IMG/VR virus record: IMGVR_UViG_3300013094_004547
Coordinates: 10,781 to 74,780 of that record
DNA length: 64,000 nucleotides
Strand: one strand, 5' to 3'
Origin: a virus
Under the pieces are notes generated by a model that was not told the origin of the DNA, did no database searches, and saw nothing but the letters and a program-made list of their open reading frames with translations. The translations under genes and the position numbers were made by a program. Positions 36,932-45,960 of the stretch are shown here, piece after piece (positions within the stretch are counted from its first letter, which is position 1; the number at the start of each line of letters is the position of its first letter).

Positions 36932-37006
36932 GGTGGGTCCCCAATGCTGTGCCGGTTCGAAGTAAAGCGGCAGCCTGGACTTGGTCCAATCCCGTCGCTG
37001 ACACTG

Positions 37007-37420
37007 TCAAGATGCTGAGTTGCCCCTCGTAGAACTTTCACGATCGACGCGTGTCTTGGCCGCGGCGATGCGCTCACATCCCCGCTTCCTACGGCGATGA
37101 AAGGTCCGCTCAGACCAGCCGCAAGTGAGGCACCACTCGGCGATCGACGCCTCGATATCCCCGCCATCCGCTCGAATGCGCGACCACGTAATCACGGCCG
37201 TCAGCTCGTCGGTGCCCTTACCGAGAACGGTGCGGGCGAAGGCAAGGATGTCGAAGGTGGCGCTCGGGCGGTTCACATCCACCGGCGACAACGCGTTGCC
37301 GGGCTTGGCCAGGATGGCGAGGCCCTGCCGCAGCTCGCGCATCGGGGTGAGGAGCCAGCGCTCCACGTCTTTGATCGTCCAGGGCTCTGGCGGATCGGGA
37401 CCTTCCGGGCGAAACGACAT
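37007..37420 (-). CDS. Putative transcription regulator with C-terminal HTH
   Basis: WTIKDVERWL; SIAEWC...GWSERTFHRRRKRG.ERIA. Confidence 0.65.
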   Translation of the reverse strand: MSFRPEGPDPPEPWTIKDVERWLLTPMRELRQGLAILAKPGNALSPVDVNRPSATFDILAFARTVLGKGTDELTAVITWSRIRADGGDIEASIAEWCLTCGWSERTFHRRRKRGCERIAAAKTRVDRESSTRGNSAS

Positions 37421-37455
37421 CGGGCCTGAGAACGCGGCCCAAACTGCCGCTTCCC

Positions 37456-37470
37456 GTTCCTACCATGTTC
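37456..37470 (-). promoter_or_regulatory. Alphaproteobacterial LexA (SOS) box
   Basis: Exact GAAC-N7-GAAC on minus, 35 nt upstream of ATG 37420. Confidence 0.75.
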
Positions 37471-37542
37471 CGGATCACGAAAGCGTGGCCGCTGCGACAT
37501 CGTGGGTGGCTCGCGTGCGTCGGGCTCCTGCCCCCCTCTGCC

Positions 37543-37942
37543 CTAGTAGCCGTGAGGGCCAGGCCGCACGGGACGCCAGTGTGTCGGCAGTTCATCCATG
37601 CTGAAATCCGTTCCGGAGTTGGGGCCGCCATAGGTACAAAATGACCACGCGCCCGGATCGTCGGCTGCGGCGTGTGGGTCCTGATACGCCCGCGCCAGCT
37701 CGGACATTCCGTTGCCGCGCTCGCCCCGCTCGAAATAGAATTCGACGTATTCCCCACTGCGGATAGGTGGCGAACGGCTCCCAAGAGTTTGCGATTGCTT
37801 CGAGTATATCCTCGGCCGCGTCGTTTGCTCCGATCAGGCCGCCGCTCGCGCCTTCGGAACAGTTGAGCTTGATCGCTGCAATGATCGCGGTTTTCAGGTC
37901 CCTTGTCCGTTCCCTTATGATGCTGGCGGAGTTCCCGTCCGC
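37543..37942 (-). pseudogene. Frameshifted DUF551-like phage gene remnant
   Basis: WEPFATYP in one frame, SGEYVEF...PTHWRPV in the next; no clear start. Confidence 0.45.
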
Positions 37943-38188
37943 CTACGTAGCGCCCTCGTCCAGGTCGTTTCCGTTGTGCTCGGCGATCCGCTGATGCTCG
38001 TCACCGGTAGCGAAGATGACGATGTCGCCCGGACCGATGTCCCGGCGGGCCCGACGGTCCCACCGGCGGTGGATGAACCGAGGGCCGCCAAAGATCCGGA
38101 AGGCGTTCCAGTAGCGGTCGTCGCGGAAGCCGACGTAATGAACGCAGCGGGGCGGAGGTCCGGATTTAATCTGCGTTTCAAAAAACAT
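37943..38188 (-). CDS. Hypothetical phage protein
   Basis: VHYVGFRDDRYWNA.RIFG.P.FIHRRWD.RA. Confidence 0.7.
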   Translation of the reverse strand: MFFETQIKSGPPPRCVHYVGFRDDRYWNAFRIFGGPRFIHRRWDRRARRDIGPGDIVIFATGDEHQRIAEHNGNDLDEGAT

Positions 38189-38202
38189 TCCAGGGCATCA
38201 GC

Positions 38203-38892
38203 CTATCGCTGACCCAACTGCGTATCAATTGCCGCGAGAAGTTTATGAATATCATCACTTCTCGAAACGGCCTGCGCTATACTGAGCAATTCGTACGAGA
38301 CTGGATCATGTGATTTTAGAGATCCACCGTTGCCTCCGATTTTGACGAAGGTCATCAGGTCGTCTAATGCCATGTAGGCTTCGTCGTCTTTTTTCCTTTT
38401 TCGATCAAGGTGTGCGCCACCTTTTTTGTGTGCCACGAATGATATTATTTGGTGTCGTTTGATTGATTTGCCTTTTACAATTGCGGAAGTTGAGTCTTTA
38501 TACTCGTGCAGGGGAAATTCTTTCATGGGCGGCCCGGCCTTGGCTTGGCGAGCTATCTCGTCTGGCGTCATGGCGCGCGGCAGATGTCGGAATGCGGCTA
38601 TCCGCATCCCTCCGTATTCGCCACCCCCGGCAAATATGAAATCATCTGGGTCGGCATTCACGACATCGAGTCGAATGGATTTTATGATAGGAGCACCCTT
38701 AAGCACGCCTACGTTTTTCCAAGCCTTTATGAGCAAGTCGTCGTTGATAAGTAGCCGCATCTGAACGCTCAGGCGTCGCAGGGCATCAAAATCAGGATCA
38801 CCTCTGGTTACCTCATTAATAAATCGAAGATCCGAGGCTACCGTCGTCAGCAGCTCGACATCAATCGACGCTTCGGTGCCGAGCTTAGTCAT
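38203..38892 (-). CDS. AT-rich accessory protein, defence candidate
   Basis: Sharp GC drop; LR.LS..MR.L, FVAHKKGGAHLD. Confidence 0.7.
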   Translation of the reverse strand: MTKLGTEASIDVELLTTVASDLRFINEVTRGDPDFDALRRLSVQMRLLINDDLLIKAWKNVGVLKGAPIIKSIRLDVVNADPDDFIFAGGGEYGGMRIAAFRHLPRAMTPDEIARQAKAGPPMKEFPLHEYKDSTSAIVKGKSIKRHQIISFVAHKKGGAHLDRKRKKDDEAYMALDDLMTFVKIGGNGGSLKSHDPVSYELLSIAQAVSRSDDIHKLLAAIDTQLGQR

Positions 38893-39084
38893 GCGAACCC
38901 TACAAGGAAGATACTTCGTAAAAACGGGGTGAAGTTGATTGCCGCTTCGCAGAAGCCCCAAGCTGGGTCATTCCGCCAAGTGCCGTTTAACAAACGAGAT
39001 GATCGTCCGGGTCGGCAAAAGCGGGATCAGGAAGCCGCGGATGCTCATACTAATTGCTGACGGGCTTACGCCCATCACCGCCTT

Positions 39085-40536
39085 CTACTGAACTCGCACA
39101 ACCCTCGCGGCCTCGTCCAGGGCGTAGCGCGGCGGCCGCGCGTCATTTGGGATCACCCGCGCCATGCTGAACCCCTCTCGCGCAGCTACTTCCTGGATCG
39201 CGTAGGCGTGGTTCAACCCGCGGTTCTGCTGCACCACTGCGTCGATGGCCTGAAAAAAGTCGGCAGAGACGAGCCCGGAGGGCGTGTCTCCGGCGGCGAG
39301 ATCCCGGCGGAAGGCGTTCCCCTTGGCCTGCTCGACGATGCCGACCAGCATGGCGCCGTTGACGATGTCGGACAGGCGGACGAAGGCCGGACCCTGATCG
39401 GTGGCGAGCTGGGCGACGATCTGCTCGGGGGCGAAGACGGCGTTGGCGGCGAGCATGGCGAACTCCCCCCGGGCCCATTCGACCGGCGTCGGCCGGTAGG
39501 GCTCGCCGGTCACGCTCATCTCACCCACCGACGGCTCGCCGAAGCTGGCTATCGTCGGGGTCGCCAGCGGCACATCAATGAGCGCGCGTTCCATGATCAT
39601 GGCCGCGGCCACTCGCGTCGGCCGCTCGACCCGGATCTTCCGGTCGATCCGACCATCGCGCAGGATCGCAGCGTCGATCGCTTCTGGACGGTTGGTCGCC
39701 AGGATCACTAGCGCGCCCGAGTCCTCGATTCCGTCCATCTCGGTCAGGAAGGTCGCGACGTTCGACGCCTGGAACCAGGTTGCGCGGCCCTCACGGCTGG
39801 GCAGGATCGCGTCGGCCTCGTCGATAAACACCACGAGCGGATGGCCGTGCAGCGCCTTATAGGCCCGCGCATACGCGAAGATGTCCCGGATCATCCGCTC
39901 GGTCTCGCCGACCCAGCCGCTCTGAAGCTCGGGCGCCTTGATCGACATGAACGAGGCCGCCTTCGCCCCGTGCAGCTGGGCGAGCACGGAAGCGGCCGCC
40001 TTGCCGAACATGGTCTTGCCGCAGCCTGGCGGTCCGTAGAGGAGCACGCCCTTCGTCGGCTTCTTGCCGTAGTGTCGGTAGAGATCGGCGTGGCGGACCG
40101 GATGCTCGATCGCCTCGACCAGGTGGGCGCGGGCGGTATCGTTGCCGATCACGTCGTCCCATGCCACGCCCGGTGTGGCCGTCAGCAGGTACTTGGCGAC
40201 GGGTCCGCGCAGGCGCTGCTCGTCCTCGTCCGCCTTTGAACGCGCCCTTCCCGGCATCTCGACCCTGCCGATGCCAGCGTACTGGTCCTTGCCGATGTGG
40301 ACCGTGAACTCCCCGCTGAACGGATTTCCAACCATCTCGCGCACCGCCTTCTCCATGTCGACCATGATCTCTTCGCTGGTCTTGTTCGGCCATTTGCTGC
40401 GCGCGGGATCGACGGCGTTCGTGGCGGCCTCCCCCTCGAAGGTGAAGTCGACGATGTCCCGTTCGCGCTTCCCGGTGCTGCGGCCGATGTCCTCGAACGG
40501 GCTGCGGGAGCCCGGCGGTCTGCGATCGCGCGTCAT
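39085..40536 (-). CDS. AAA+ ATPase resembling the actinobacterial proteasome ATPase ARC/Mpa
   Basis: KGVLLYGPPGCGKT, IKAPEL..WVGETER.IR.IF, VFIDEAD, ATNRPEAIDAAILRDGRIDRKIRVERP, NGAMLVGIVEQAK; GAGGAGG RBS. Confidence 0.9.
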   Translation of the reverse strand: MTRDRRPPGSRSPFEDIGRSTGKRERDIVDFTFEGEAATNAVDPARSKWPNKTSEEIMVDMEKAVREMVGNPFSGEFTVHIGKDQYAGIGRVEMPGRARSKADEDEQRLRGPVAKYLLTATPGVAWDDVIGNDTARAHLVEAIEHPVRHADLYRHYGKKPTKGVLLYGPPGCGKTMFGKAAASVLAQLHGAKAASFMSIKAPELQSGWVGETERMIRDIFAYARAYKALHGHPLVVFIDEADAILPSREGRATWFQASNVATFLTEMDGIEDSGALVILATNRPEAIDAAILRDGRIDRKIRVERPTRVAAAMIMERALIDVPLATPTIASFGEPSVGEMSVTGEPYRPTPVEWARGEFAMLAANAVFAPEQIVAQLATDQGPAFVRLSDIVNGAMLVGIVEQAKGNAFRRDLAAGDTPSGLVSADFFQAIDAVVQQNRGLNHAYAIQEVAAREGFSMARVIPNDARPPRYALDEAARVVRVQ

Positions 40537-40679
40537 CAGTGCACTTCCTCCTCGTGGCTCTTTGGCACCGGCACGCGCAGCCCGATCCGGCGGGCGAGCT
40601 CGTCGCTGATCAGCAGGCGGCCCCACATGGCCTGGCCGCGTCCCTGGGCTTCGGTCCGCGCGGAGAGATCAGACATCAT
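40536..40679 (-). CDS. Short ORF or remnant (47 aa) coupled to the ATPase
   Basis: TGATG overlap with the ATPase start. Confidence 0.4.
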   Translation of the reverse strand: MMSDLSARTEAQGRGQAMWGRLLISDELARRIGLRVPVPKSHEEEVH

Positions 40680-41493
40680 CGATCATCTCTCCGTACCGCT
40701 CTGTTCTGAATTCCCGTTCGGCGAGATCGAGTTCGATGCGCGGCGCTCGGTTCGCCGACAGAGGGGGACGGGCCAACTTCCCGGCGCGTTCAAGCGCGCC
40801 GCTGCAGGTCGCGCAAAGCAGGTTCACAACCTCATTCCCGCCCAACAAGTCGAACTGGCTATGGACGTAAGATAATCCTTCGCGCTCTGGACAAACTTCG
40901 CACGTCAGCTTTCCTCGGGCTTCCAGCATCAGCGACTCTGCATAGCTGCGCTGCCCCCTCCATTCTGGCGTGGCGAGATATTCTGTGTAGGTCATCCGCG
41001 CGAGAACTTGCCGACGCTCTTCCTTCTCACGGTCGCGCAGGTTCCACTCCACTTTGCGCTGTTCGGACACAGCGTCTTCGCAAGCCGGGCAGATGAAACG
41101 GTAGCCTTCAGCCCATCGCTGTTCGTTGTTTGCGGCCCGCTTCAACACATCGCTCATCATCGAACGGCTAGTAATTGGTAGATTTTCACTGCATCGGTCA
41201 CAGGAGATGCCGATAGAAACGCCTTTTGAATGCCGAAGCATTAACGATGAAGATGGCTTTCCTACTGTAAGCAGAGCTAACTGGTTCGCGCTCGCCTCGG
41301 GTGCGTACCAGTAGGCGTAGACGGCCGCTCTCAGCCGGTCGGAAGGATCGGTGACCTCGGCTAGCGCATCGACCTTGAGCGCTAGCCGCTGCCTCGCTTC
41401 AGCCAGCTCCGCGGCGACTCGCGCCTCCAGCAGGCGCAGATCGTCTGCTGCGTCCATAATCGCATCGAGTTCGGGGCTGGTCGGACGATCCAC
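40669..41493 (-). CDS. Lower-GC zinc-finger protein with degenerate HNH-like C-terminus
   Basis: CDRC, CPAC, YTEYLATPEW, CEVC..H..LLCATC. Confidence 0.7.
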   Translation of the reverse strand: MDRPTSPELDAIMDAADDLRLLEARVAAELAEARQRLALKVDALAEVTDPSDRLRAAVYAYWYAPEASANQLALLTVGKPSSSLMLRHSKGVSIGISCDRCSENLPITSRSMMSDVLKRAANNEQRWAEGYRFICPACEDAVSEQRKVEWNLRDREKEERRQVLARMTYTEYLATPEWRGQRSYAESLMLEARGKLTCEVCPEREGLSYVHSQFDLLGGNEVVNLLCATCSGALERAGKLARPPLSANRAPRIELDLAEREFRTERYGEMIDDV

Positions 41494-41560
41494 GGCGCTC
41501 TCCTGAACGAAGCTTCTGTCAGCGGTCAGACTATGCCGCCCGCACTACGAGGTCTGGGCG

Positions 41561-42742
41561 TCACGCCGCCTCGGTCGCCGGCGGGAACGGGGCCGGCATG
41601 TAGGCACCGAGCCCGCTCGCCAGCGACATCCACCGGGGCTTCACGTCGAGCTCGGCGAAGTAGGCCTCCCACGCGGCGCCCTCGTCCGAATCGGCGAGCA
41701 CGAAGTGGGTGCAGCCGCTCGGCCACTGGCCGCGGCGGACCTGGTCCATGCCGGCGGCGTTGCGGGCGGCGAACAGGTCCGTCGCGGGCGCGCTGGGAGG
41801 TCCGGCTGCCGCTGCCGGTCCAGCTCCGCCGGACGAGGGAGCGCCGTTGCGCCAGAGCCCGCGCTCGAACCATCGGTGCAGCGCCCGGGCTTGGCTGCGA
41901 TGCTGGGCACGGGTCCGCGCCTCGACGGCCGCGGCGTGAATCGCCCGCTCCTGGTCGGCGGGGTCGAGCGCCGCGAACAGCGCCACCGCCCGGGGGCGGT
42001 CCGCCGCGAGTCGCCCGCTCTCGGGGTAGGCCGCCCAGAGGCGCTCGAATCGCGCTGCGGTTTCAGGCGGCACCGCGGGCGGCGCTGCCCCCCGGCAGCC
42101 CTGCGACGGTCGGGGCCGGCGTTCGGCTCCTCGTTCGGGCCGATTCCCGATCCAGGCCTCCCGTTCGGAGATCCGTTCCTCCTCCAGCGAGCGCGTCCCC
42201 CCGCTGGCGGGGGGATAAAGGGGGGAGAATCCCTTGGTAGAATCTAGTTCTAAGTAGGCGGTCGGGTTTACCGACTCCGGTTCACCCGACTCCGGTTCAC
42301 CCGTCGACGGCTCACCCGGAGTCGGTAAACCCGACTCCGGTGGAAGTCCTACCGCGGTCGGAAAACCCGACTGCGGTAGAGATGCAACAGTGGGTGTTTC
42401 GCCCTCCGACGGCGATGCCTTATCTGGCTCGTCCAGGACGATGTACTCGACGCCGCCGAATGACCCGCGCCCGGTCCGCGCCTCCTCGCGCTGGACCCAT
42501 CCGCTGGCGATCAACTCCCGCATGATCCGCTGCATCTGCTCGCGGCCCATGGGCTTGCGCGCGTCGCCGCTGCCGGTGCCGAACCGGCGGCGCAGGTGCT
42601 CCTGGGAGATATTCCAGTCGTCGGGACGCGAGCGCAGGTAGCAGAGCAACCCGAGGGCATCGAGCGCCAGGTCCTCGTCGCGGAACACGTCGTTCCGGAT
42701 CGTCGTGAAATCTCGATTGTGGCGTCGGCGTATGATCGTCAT
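41561..42742 (-). CDS. Phage replication initiator (N-terminal wHTH)
   Basis: DFTTIRNDVFRDEDL..ALGLLCYL.SRPDDW, ELIASGW, FERLWAAYP; internal iterons. Confidence 0.85.
   Translation of the reverse strand: MTIIRRRHNRDFTTIRNDVFRDEDLALDALGLLCYLRSRPDDWNISQEHLRRRFGTGSGDARKPMGREQMQRIMRELIASGWVQREEARTGRGSFGGVEYIVLDEPDKASPSEGETPTVASLPQSGFPTAVGLPPESGLPTPGEPSTGEPESGEPESVNPTAYLELDSTKGFSPLYPPASGGTRSLEEERISEREAWIGNRPERGAERRPRPSQGCRGAAPPAVPPETAARFERLWAAYPESGRLAADRPRAVALFAALDPADQERAIHAAAVEARTRAQHRSQARALHRWFERGLWRNGAPSSGGAGPAAAAGPPSAPATDLFAARNAAGMDQVRRGQWPSGCTHFVLADSDEGAAWEAYFAELDVKPRWMSLASGLGAYMPAPFPPATEAA
42235..42380. repeat. Replication-origin iterons (CCG-N3-CGG, about 15-bp period) with AT-richer flank
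   Basis: About seven CCGACTCCGGTTCA-like units at 42270-42380 beside TAGAATCTAGTTCTAAGT. Confidence 0.8.
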
Positions 42743-43091
42743 GGCGGGCGCCTTCTTCAGGCAAGGCTGGAGCGCTTGGCCGCGAAGCCGGTCAGGGCTC
42801 GGGCACAATGAGATCCGGCGTCAGAATCGCTGGGTCAGCGCGACGTCGGGTCGGCGGAATAGTCGGGATCTCGCGGCGCAGACCGAGCCGTCAGCCTCCG
42901 CCGAAAAGGACGGCGTCTGGAGACGGCAGCTCAGGACCTGCGGAGGGCCGGATCTCGTCCGGACCGGGCGGCATCAGTCGGGCACGAGGCGGGGACCTGA
43001 CGCAGGGCGCGCGAGGATCAATGGGGCCTCGCGCGGGGGGGCCGCGGGGCAGGGGCCAGAGCTGCTGGATCATGGCGTCAGCGCTCCGGGA

Positions 43092-43550
43092 TCAGGCGGC
43101 GATCGTGGAGCCAGCGACAGGCGCATCGGGCTGCTGTGCGGCCGTCGGGGCGGGCGCTGCGCCGGTCGCGCCAATCCCAGTCGCGGGATCGGGCAGCAGC
43201 GCAGCGGCGGTAGCGCTGGAGCTGGAGGTGTCCGCCGCTGCCCCCGTGGCCGTGCCGTCCGCGCTCGCCGGCGCGAGCTTGGCGAGGATCGCGTCCGTGC
43301 TGGCGATCGACGCGTCGAGCTCGGTCGTGTCGATCGCCGCCGGCGCGGCCGTGGCCAGGGTCTTCAGCATGTCGCTGTGCGCCTTCTGGGTCTCGAAGAC
43401 GCCGACCAGGACCTCGGCGATGACGGCGTTCTGCGCCTCGATCCGGGCGACCGATGCTTCGATGCTCATGAGCTTGCCTGTGAGGTCGCCGAGGAAGGCC
43501 CGGATGGACGGGCGACCGCGTCCGAACGGGGAGAGGGAGAGGAGGCCCAC
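43092..43550 (-). CDS. Hypothetical coiled-coil protein
   Basis: GC3 bias; operon context. Confidence 0.6.
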   Translation of the reverse strand: MGLLSLSPFGRGRPSIRAFLGDLTGKLMSIEASVARIEAQNAVIAEVLVGVFETQKAHSDMLKTLATAAPAAIDTTELDASIASTDAILAKLAPASADGTATGAAADTSSSSATAAALLPDPATGIGATGAAPAPTAAQQPDAPVAGSTIAA

Positions 43551-43553
43551 CGC

Positions 43554-43928
43554 TTAAGCCTGCGGGGACGGGATGGCCGGGGCGGCAACCGCGAGGGCGG
43601 GATCGATGCCGGTGGCGGGCTCGGGAATCGCAGGTGCGGGCACGGCGGCCGCGCTCGCGCCGATACGCGGCGTCCCGCCCGGACCCTGGTCCGGGCCAAG
43701 GAGATCGAGTCGCCGCAGCGTGTCGGCTTGGCGGGCACCGGCCAGCGCCAGGCAGTCGATGATGCCGAGGTTGTTGAGCCGAATGGCAGCGGAGGTCGCC
43801 GAGGTGTTGAGCTCCAGCGCGTCGTTCTTGATGCGCAGGTCCTGGATGATGTCGGCCAGCAGCTCCTCGAGCTTTCGACCCGTCGGGTTGCCGGCCGACA
43901 TCAGCACCTTGGTGGTGGGCGTGCTCAT
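43554..43928 (-). CDS. Hypothetical phage protein
   Basis: VLMSAGNPTGRKLEELL..DL..KN; GAGG RBS. Confidence 0.75.
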   Translation of the reverse strand: MSTPTTKVLMSAGNPTGRKLEELLADIIQDLRIKNDALELNTSATSAAIRLNNLGIIDCLALAGARQADTLRRLDLLGPDQGPGGTPRIGASAAAVPAPAIPEPATGIDPALAVAAPAIPSPQA

Positions 43929-44051
43929 CGATGACCTCGGGAGGGTTGCCGCGCGCAGGCGGAGGGGCGGCCGGGAGAGGCCGTGAATCGAGTCGCAGCT
44001 GGAGTCTGGCGGGAGTCGGGGCCGCTCTGCGGCCTGCTCCCGGGCGCCACG

Positions 44052-44585
44052 TTAGGCGTCCGGTCCGGGTGACGCCGGCAGCGTCGGGGGTTCAGTCGTG
44101 TTACCGAGCTGATCACGAAGCGGGCATTCGAAGTCACACCACTCCGACCCCGCGTTTATGCAGGTGCCGTTGCCGGTCTGGCCGCAGTCGTCGGCCGGGT
44201 CATAGTCGTCCGGCTCGTCGTTCCAGTCGTCGGGTTCGGGATAGTCGAGGTCGTGCTCGTCCATCTCGGCTTGGAGGCGCTGGGTCTGACGCCCCTTGCA
44301 CGCCCCGCACACGCGGTAGGTTAGCCCGCTCAGCCCTTCGTCGTAGCAGCGTGTCCAGACGAGGTCGGTCACGTTGGCTTTGCACCAGTCACAGGTGCCG
44401 CTGTGCGCTTCCTCGGTCGCCTCGTAGGCACGATCCGCCTCCAGGCACTCCTGGCACATGAGGATCGTCTCGCAGCCGAAGCTGTCCGTCTCGCCCTGGA
44501 TGTTGGCGATGGCCGAGCGCTCGGGGTGCTCGTCGCACCTCGCGCCATCGGGTAGCGGGTGGCGGCGTCCGGGTAAGCCGCTCAT
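44052..44585 (-). CDS. Cys-rich conserved phage protein
   Basis: CDEHPER..QGETDSFGCE..MCQEC, CDWC, Y.VC..C. Confidence 0.8.
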   Translation of the reverse strand: MSGLPGRRHPLPDGARCDEHPERSAIANIQGETDSFGCETILMCQECLEADRAYEATEEAHSGTCDWCKANVTDLVWTRCYDEGLSGLTYRVCGACKGRQTQRLQAEMDEHDLDYPEPDDWNDEPDDYDPADDCGQTGNGTCINAGSEWCDFECPLRDQLGNTTEPPTLPASPGPDA

Positions 44586-45444
44586 TCGGCCGCCTCGCTC
44601 ATCGCGGGCGGAGCGGCGTACAGATTCGTGAAGTCCGGCCGGGCGAGCCGCTGAAAGGCCTCGCCGTAGGGGGGGTACGAGCAGGCACGCACCAGGTCAT
44701 AGAAGCCCTCCGGCTTCTCGCTGTTGGCGCCCACCGGCCAATCGTGATCGGTCCGGGTCGAGCGGGCGGCTGACCGCGTCTTCAGCTCGCCCCGCACGGC
44801 GAAGATCACCTGCTCGGTCGTGTTCCGGAAGTAGCGGCCGAGGCCGAGATCCCTCTTCGTCCAGGTGTGGAGCGTCTTGTGCTGGAAGCCCCAGGCCGGG
44901 AGCAGGTTGAGGGCGAGCCCGATCGTGTTGTTGGTCGCCCAGAGGTAGAGGTGGCAATTGTCCTCGGCCCAGGATTCGACGGGCATCGCCGCGATGTCGG
45001 CGATCGACATGGTCGCGTAATCGTGCCCGCTGGATTCGGAGATGTTGTCCTCCTGCCAGGGCGGATCGAACACGAGGGTGCGAAAACGGCCTTCGACCGG
45101 AGCGAGGTCCAGAATCCGGATCTCGTCGCGCATGCGCAGGAGCTTGGTGTGCGGGCCGTCGACGCGGCCCTTGGCGTCCATCTCGGCGAGCAGCGGCCGA
45201 ACCGGTCCGGATCGGCCGCGGCCGCCTCGCACACGTCCATGATCTTCCGGAGCTGCCGGCCGGAGATGTCAAACCGGCGCCCGATTGCGTCCAGCGTCAG
45301 GGAAGGGCGTGAAACTTTCACGACCTTGAGGCCGCCCTTGCCGCCCGCCGCCATGCGATCGCGCGCCGCCTCCTGCTCCTTGTCCAGGAGGGAGCGGGCC
45401 ATCGTGTCGATCTCGCTGGGGACGAAACGCAAAGCGCCCGGCAT
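44582..45444 (-). pseudogene. MT-A70 family N6-adenine methyltransferase with a 1-nt frameshift near 45195
   Basis: DPPW, Y.TMS, LYLW.TN, WGF, W.K..GLG.YFR..TE, S.KP; N-terminal half in the adjacent frame. Confidence 0.85.
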
Positions 45445-45547
45445 CAGGCTTCCCTGGAGGGGTGACGGAGTACGAGTGGAGGCGCGCGAGTGAGCGCGCC
45501 GGGACGTCATGCCGACGTGAAACCAGGCATGAGCGACTGGGCCGCCA

Positions 45548-45748
45548 TCAGACGAACCCCCGCCGCAGCGGTACGCGCAGGGCCTTCTCGGCCGCCCGAC
45601 CCTCGCGTCGCGCCTGCCACCGCAGAGCGATGAGCAGCCCGAGCTGGACCGGCGCCGTGAGCAGCGCGGCGAAGCTCGGATGCACCATGATCGCGGTTAC
45701 GACGACGACCGCGATCAGGAGCCAGAGGGAGAGAGAGCGGGCGGCCAT
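45548..45748 (-). CDS. Small two-TM membrane protein
   Basis: Two hydrophobic segments and a basic tail. Confidence 0.6.
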   Translation of the reverse strand: MAARSLSLWLLIAVVVVTAIMVHPSFAALLTAPVQLGLLIALRWQARREGRAAEKALRVPLRRGFV

Positions 45749-45749
45749 G

Positions 45750-45956
45750 TCAGCGCTCTCCCGCCGCGCTGAAGCCGCGGATGCAGTGCGAATCCCCGTT
45801 CGCCCCGCTCACGACGATCACGGTGCCACCGCCGCGGATGCAGGCCTCGCGCAGGGCCGTCTCCTGCAACGAGCAGGAGTTCGCGGCCCAGGCGATGATG
45901 CCGACGATCGCGACGGCCGCGGCCCCGACGGAGAGGGTGTGGAGGACGTCCATCAC
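45750..45956 (-). CDS. Small membrane-anchored Cys protein
   Basis: One TM; ACIRGGG..HCI. Confidence 0.6.
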   Translation of the reverse strand: MMDVLHTLSVGAAAVAIVGIIAWAANSCSLQETALREACIRGGGTVIVVSGANGDSHCIRGFSAAGER

Positions 45957-45960
45957 AGCC

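Noticed and set aside
42270-42380. Possible CRISPR array
   Set aside because: Units are about 15 bp with no spacers and no cas genes; they fit origin iterons.
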